A DNA stretch of 51,381 bases from assembly GCA_008632985.1 (NCBI GenBank), contig QPGO01000030.1:619135-670515 (forward strand), in the 5' to 3' direction. The DNA comes from Psammoneis japonica. Its lineage: Eukaryota. The position numbers and the translations under genes were made by a program. The notes under the pieces were generated by a model. It searched no databases. It was not told the DNA's origin and saw only the letters and a program-made list of their open reading frames with translations. Positions 45,171-51,381 of the stretch are shown here, piece by piece. Within the stretch, counting starts at the first letter, position 1. Each line of letters begins with the position of its first letter.

Positions 45171-48100
45171 CTGCTTTTGTGAGGCACCAAGAGCAGCAGT
45201 GGTGCTGTGCTGGCCAGCTCCCAGCTGCAAGAGCTCAGCCTCTTGCACTGCCAACTTAGAGCACTTTGTGGCAGAGTTGAAAATCGAAATGCTTTGGTCA
45301 ATGTACACAGCATGGTGGCAGGAAGGAAGTGGGCAAAACAAGCTGCTTGTGAAGTGGGAGAGACAAGCTGAGACAGTGGGGCAAGCAACAGCTGACAATG
45401 GCAATTCTTTGTGCTCAAAATGCCTTCACTTTGCATTTTCTGTGTTCACTGTCGTGGTTGGTTGCGTTGGACTGGTGGCATTTGTGCCACAAGATCATCA
45501 TTCCGTGCACGCTTCACAATGATGGTTTGAAGCTGTGTTTGACTAAAACTTGATTAAAACGACAAAGGGGCAATGTGCGATGACTCTAAAAATTGCCCTG
45601 TTGAGCAAGTGACAAATTCGCCTTTGTGTGCGGCATGCCGGTGACCTTGAAATGTCCCACCCCTCATGTGTGACATAAATTTTATGCCGCACATGAGGTG
45701 CAATTGCTTGAAGGATGACCTTCCACGTCAGAGCTGTCATCATGATGCGCTTTTGCCCACACTGTTTGACGACCTGCAAAATTTTTGTGCCAAAATGTTG
45801 TTTTTTTTTTGGCAAGGCATTCGGGACTTGCACTCTGGACTTGCTGTTTGCTGTGCAATGGGAGTCATTCGGGTCCTGAGAGGAGTCATCACTTACAAAA
45901 AAAATTGTGCAGGAGAGTGCTAAAAACTATTGTCATCAGTCTGTCCATCCATCCGTGCACGAATGTCAACTTCTCGGGAAATCAATTGAAGTGCTGTCTG
46001 ATCGACGGCATTTTGATTCACACAGTGCAGTGAAGGCCAATGCCGTTGATCAGACAGCATTTCAATTCAGTTCCCAAAAAGTCATTGGCTCCAATCACTC
46101 TCTCGTGCAACACTGTGTGCATGTCTGCACGATTTTGAGTTTTTCCTTGTGCAAAATGTCAATTGTGACCCACGCGACATTTTCGAATGATTCCCATTGA
46201 GTCGTTTTCCTCATAAATTGCAACTTCCCAATGCAAACTTTTGACCATGCATTCGCACAGAATTCGCCAAGTCAAAAAAACACAAAAAGACGCAGGATTC
46301 TGCACGCAAATCTGGTGCAAAACGAATGCAAAGCTGCCCTGTTAACACCGCGGCAAAGCAAGCACAAATTGCCAACAGCTTTGATCACTTTGTTGTTGCT
46401 GCATTCTTCTTTTCATCATCCAACTGAACTGTTGTTGCCATGACATCACAGACCTCCGCATCAACTGCTGGTGCTGAGGTCGAGCAGCCAGAAAAACAAT
46501 TGAGTTTGCAATGGCTGCATTTCAATGTCCTCAAGGGAAGGTGAGGGTGGGCAAGAAGAAATGCCGGGGTGCAACTGTCAGTGTTGCACTGCACACTGCC
46601 ATCACCAAATGAGCATGATGTGATGCCAGTTTGTCTCAGGGTGGAAGAGTGGACTCCTGTGAAGGAGAAACCGAAACAAGCAGCACAGAAAAAAGTTCAG
46701 CCAACACTGATCGGATGCCATTGCATGCCCAGGACGAGTGCAGGAGTCACTCAGGCAATGGCGTGGTTCCAAGCCACAGTGGGCAAATCAATTGATTGTC
46801 ACAATTAAGTTTCAAGATGACGTTCATTTGGAAAGCACTGCAAGCAGCCGAAAAAGAAGCCACCAGTCATTGCTTTGCAGTTCGTTCCAAGCACTTTTTC
46901 AACAATGGGAACAAAGTCACTGTCTGTCCAGCAAAGCCATTGACTGCACAATGAATGAGAATGTCACTCTGGACATGAAATGCAAGCAACACCATAAAAC
47001 AACTTTGTCAGCCAGTGCATTTTGAATGTTCTGTGCAGACACGGGACCATCAAGGCAGACGCGAGACCAACAAGCCATTTCTGCATGTTGCAATTCAGTG
47101 TGACAGATGATGAAAGCAGTTGCACTGTTTTGTGCTGCAACTGCAAGACACAATGAAAGCAAGGTGCAAACAAGCCATCATGAACTTAACACATCAACAG
47201 CCAAAGCCACAGCACTCCAACAAACCTGCAGTGCCCAAATGCCACTTGCTGTCGACTCAGATCCAATTTGAAATGATCTCTCAGCTGTCCCATGGGGCAG
47301 CAAAATGTTGGCATGAGGCAGGGGTGCTTCATGTGTTGTGTCTTGCTGTTGCTTGCTCCTCTTGTTCAATCGCTCTTTTCTCCGACGTGTTGCTTTGGGA
47401 ACTTCCACAAATTGCTGACAATGGAGACACCAAAGTGGCGCCACTGATGATCTTCACAATGCTTGCACCCATCACCTCTTCCAGATTCCAATCAAGAGGC
47501 TTGTCCTCAAAGAGCCCAACCCTTGCAATCAAATGACCAACTGGTGTGTCTTCCAAACAAAGTTGACCAAGTGGACTTGCATGTTGCATCCTGCTGCTTC
47601 AACTTGAGGAAGAAGCTCCAAGAAGACAAGGGCCACGACGATCAAGGCAAGAACAACTTCCAGCAACATTTTTTCAGTTTGCCAATGTGGAGTGCCACGC
47701 ACATGATGCCTCACTTCCTGCCACAATGCAGTGTGAGACAGTTTGCTGCATTTGGTTGTAAAGGTTGCAATGAGATGGACCGCCACCACACCGCCCGACT
47801 TGACAAAGGAAAAATGTGCTGGACTTGCGCAGGATCCTGCGTGTTTTTGTGATTTTTCAACTTCTTGACATTTGTGGGATTAAGCAATCATTTGTTTGGG
47901 GGGGTGTTGCACGACTTTTCCATGGATGATGAAAAGGACTGTGCCAGAAGCAAGAAGACACAGAGACAGAAATTGTTGTCTGTCGCGCACAACCGTTCAA
48001 GCGACTTTTTTCATGCAGCTCTTGCATGTTGGTGCAATTTTTTTTGTCGTGACAACCAAGGGACAATTCTGCCTCTGTGGCAGTCATTTGCCATCTTTTG

Positions 48101-48231
48101 TCATGACACTGCCTGCTTTTCACTCCATCAAAGGCTTTCATCATTTGTTGCTTCATGTCAACGTCAACATTGTCACTTCAAAACTCTGCATGAAGCACTG
48201 GTTTTTCGTGTTGTTTTGAAGGGGCAATGCC

Positions 48232-49362
48232 ATGGCCGGCATTTCTTTGCATGCCATCACCACCTTCTTGGGACCATTGCACAATGCAAACGGTGGTGTG
48301 CATCGAAATGGTGCACCCCACGATGTCCTGAAGAAGACAGAATTGGTGGAGAAGCACAAGGAGCTGTGTGACCACAATGAGGATGGATTGGAGCCGTCAC
48401 AGGTGGAGCTTGGACAAGCAGCAAAAGTCAGTGACAAGTGGGCCAAGAACAAGAAGGTTGTTGTGGAGCTTCAGAGTGAAGAGGGGCTCATTGATCCTTG
48501 CCATCAAAAGCCTTTGAGACACAGGGGGCTGGGAGCACTAATGCTTGACTTGGACGACACTGTTTGCTTGATTGCGCTTTGTTGTGAGAACCCTTCCCAG
48601 ATGCTAAGAAGCTGCCAGATGAAACTCTTTCATTGTGCTGGAACACTGCATCACAAAGCACACAACATCTCATGTGTTGCTTTGTGGCTTTCCACATTCT
48701 GCTGCTTTGAGGAAACCGAACTTGGTCCCCATTGACAAATTCCGACCCGACAATGTTGAAAGAGCCGCTGAACACCTTTGATTGATCATGCAACTTGACC
48801 ACCAGTGCATCAAGTTTGCTGATGAAAAATCTCTCAAAGGAACAAAGCTCTTCAACCAAAAAGTCCAACATGATCCACTCACTGGAGAAACACTGTCCAT
48901 TGCGATGGACTCTGACTTTCGCAATGTTTGCAACATTGCTGGCTTCTGTGGTGTCGACCAGTCTACCAACCCATTCTTTTCTGTCTAAATCAAGATGCCA
49001 ATGACTCTGTTGACTTTTTCATTGCTGTTGAAAAGGCCATTGTGCCAGGCTTTTTGAAGCCTCATGATGTGCTTGTTTGTGACAATGCACAGATCCATGC
49101 TGCTGGTGACAATGACATTTTGGATGAATGGTTGTGGCACAACTTTCAAGTTGGTCTGGTGCTCCTCCCACCCCGAGCCCCTGAGATGAACCCAACTGAG
49201 CTGCTGTGGAACTGTCTTGTGCAACGCCTTTTGTCTGCCAGTTGGGACAACCACCTTTTCTGGGGTGAGGACCGAGTGGCCTGCCATGCCGCAGCCATCA
49301 TGCGGGCATTCATGCACATGGGTGTGGAGTCCACGTGCCGCCACTGCAGCCACCAAGTCTAG
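48232..49362 (+). pseudogene. IS630/Tc1/mariner-superfamily transposase (DDE_3-like), frameshifted
   Basis: N-terminal HTH region, then IKFADEKSLKG and VLVCDNAQIH...LLPPRAPEMNPTELLW; 38 residues between the second D and the E as read here. Confidence 0.85.
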
Positions 49363-49699
49363 ATTGCAACAGGCAGAACTTGCACAAGCTGTGGATTTGG
49401 ATTGTTGTGTTGCAGTGTGGTGCAGAATGGCGCAGTGTAGAACAGAGTGCATTGTTCTTCAGTGCAGCTGGACCAACTCGTGCACTTCTGCTGAAGAAAT
49501 GAATGGTGCAAACACACCAGAGGGCAACACAAATCGAATTGCCCATGTGCCTTGCAAGACAAATGCTTGTGACAGTGCAATGTGGTGCATTGTGTTGGCA
49601 CTGCTCTGCTCCAGAGCTGGAGAGTTGCTCTGACTCTAGACTGGTGGCTGGCAGACACTGCCACTCAGTGGTGCTCTGCTCTAGACTGGCAGCAGGTGG

Positions 49700-51381
49700 C
49701 TGATGTCTGCTGCCACTGGCAGTGGTGGTCCAAACAGAAGCCAGAGCAATGGCAATTGCCTGTCAATGGTTTGCAATGAAAGTGTTGGGCTGTTGTTGGC
49801 CACCACTAAAAAAGAAGTGCAGCTTGGTTGAATGAGACAAGCTGACATGCTTGACTCGAAAGAAGAATTCAATGAAGTGCGCACTTGTGCAACAGTGCCA
49901 CCACACACAGAGCACTGACAAGTGAGGATGGCAATGAGCCGCACCAGCAAGACCAACCATTTGGGCAAGTCTGATGGAGTGGACGACAACACTGCCGAAT
50001 CTGCCAAGACATCCAAGGGGGTCAAAGCAACTGAAGCTCTGTCTTGGGAAGTGACGTGCCCAACCATTGTTTGGTTTTCAGAGACACAAGGCACCTCGGC
50101 ATTGGTCTGTTGGGATGATGGTGCAGAAGTGGAAGCTGGTTGAGCAGGCAAAAAAGCTGGAGTTGGAGGAGGTGCATTTGCATGCTCCAATGCCTGCTGT
50201 GGCTTTTCCCACGTCACATTGCCAGCTGCAGAATTGTGACAGAAGGGCTTGCTGCTGGCTGCATCAGTGCATTCCGTCCAGCCTTGGGGAAGCTGTTCTG
50301 GCAAGGCAGGTGGCAATGGCGGCTGCAGCACAGGATGGCATGCTTGTGGTGGCACAGGTGGCATCAGAGCTGGTCGAGGCACTTGCGGTGGAGGAGTTGT
50401 GGTTGGAACTGGACTGGGATTGGTCTGACTTCTTTCCCGGTGGCATCATTGCAGTGGCGCAACTTGCCACTTTCGCGATTGCAACATTGCCTCCAATCTT
50501 GGGCAGCATCAACATGAGGCACTGGAGGCAGAGGCTGGACAACAAGTCACGGCTTTTCCCAGCTTGCTGCTCCTGCAACAGTGCTGACATGGAACATCCT
50601 GTTGCTGGTGGTGTCACAGTGCTCACCCCAGCCTTGAGGGGGGGGGGGGGTGTTGGAATGGAGGTGGAGGTGCAGTCAAAGGCACAGTTGGAGGCATGGT
50701 CAGAGGTGGGGGCTGCACCAGCAGTGGCTTGTCCCACTTTGCTTCCCCTGTTGCATTGTTGCAACAATGCGGTTTGTTGCGCGTGCTGTTGCGTGCGACT
50801 CTCTGGCCCTGGGGAAGCTCGTCTGGTGACAGAGGTGGTGGCAGCAAACCGACACCAGCAGCAGAGATTGAGCTGCATGCATTGACAGAATCGCAAAAGC
50901 CAGCAACGTTGCTGCAACCACTGCCCAGTGTTTGCTGTCAAATGATCACACAGCAAGGCAACCAATGGGAGTTGGAACAACAGCAGTGCTTGTGGCACAC
51001 TGCACACAAAACACTCAAAATGAGAAGGATGAGACGAGACAACACCAACTTGCCATGCCTTCCATCATGCTGCCATGAGAGTCAAAATGGAGATGCCCCA
51101 GCCACGGCCTTGATTGTGTTGAGATGTGAGAGCACCCATGTGAACATTCTTGCCAGCTTGTTTTGATTCTACAGCTTCTTGTTTGAGCCGTGCTCTGTTC
51201 TCCGCTGCTTGCTCTGACAGCTGAGCTCCACTTTCCTGGAGAGCAAGTTTGTTTTGGAACTCTTGGTTCTTCTTTGCCATCTTTGCACACTCCACTGAAG
51301 CTTTGTTTGATGCTGCTTTCTCCTGCAGTTCCTTTTCAAGGCCAGACACTTGCTCTGACAGAAATTGAAGGCAAGTGGCAA
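49700..51381 (-). pseudogene. Decayed gene with coiled coil, Pro-rich linkers and two WW domains
   Basis: WW1 at 50817-50725 reads LPQGQRVARNSTRNKPHCCNNATGEAKWDKP; WW2 at 50292-50200 reads LPQGWTECTDAASSKPFCHNSAAGNVTWEKP. Confidence 0.8.

Larger units (their letters stand above)
42010..51381. other. TpA-depleted decayed repeat domain (right), with CpG loss increasing rightwards
   Basis: Hand count 42841-43140: 1 TA, ~20 CG. Beyond ~43.7 kb both dinucleotides are rare. Confidence 0.92.

Noticed and set aside
45540..48150. Possible further transposase or gene relics
   Set aside because: Depleted and protein-like in places, but no motif could be assigned with confidence.

Overview
Eukaryotic nuclear DNA, very probably from a diatom: short GT-AG introns, an ASAFAP-type plastid presequence, a signal-peptide-bearing proteasome subunit and diatom-like Ty3/Gypsy elements. 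A gene-dense core (~21.1-41.9 kb) encodes a proteasome alpha-2-like subunit, a membrane protein, plastid NifU, EMC7, CDK7, symplekin, Rit1 and two hypothetical proteins. It is flanked by two decayed-repeat domains (~1.0-21.05 kb and ~42.0-51.4 kb) and contains a ~1.1 kb decayed island at ~23.4-24.5 kb. The left domain resolves into a four-level nest (Helitron > Gypsy-1 > Gypsy-2 > TA-target MITE) facing a second Helitron copy. The right domain holds a piggyBac-like transposase, an IS630/Tc1 transposase and a WW-domain gene relic. The main observation is a mutational signature confined to the repeat domains. Besides the expected CpG loss, TpA is almost eliminated, being converted to TpG or CpA. 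Conserved tyrosines read Cys or His (YxDD, DRGY, Pif1 YVxLSR, WW YYY), surviving TAs are nearly all in TTA/TAA, and at domain edges TpA is gone while CpG is intact. This suggests a repeat-targeted A:T>G:C hypermutation process, RIP-like but opposite in direction. The mechanism is inference. All counts are by hand, and boundaries in decayed DNA are approximate.
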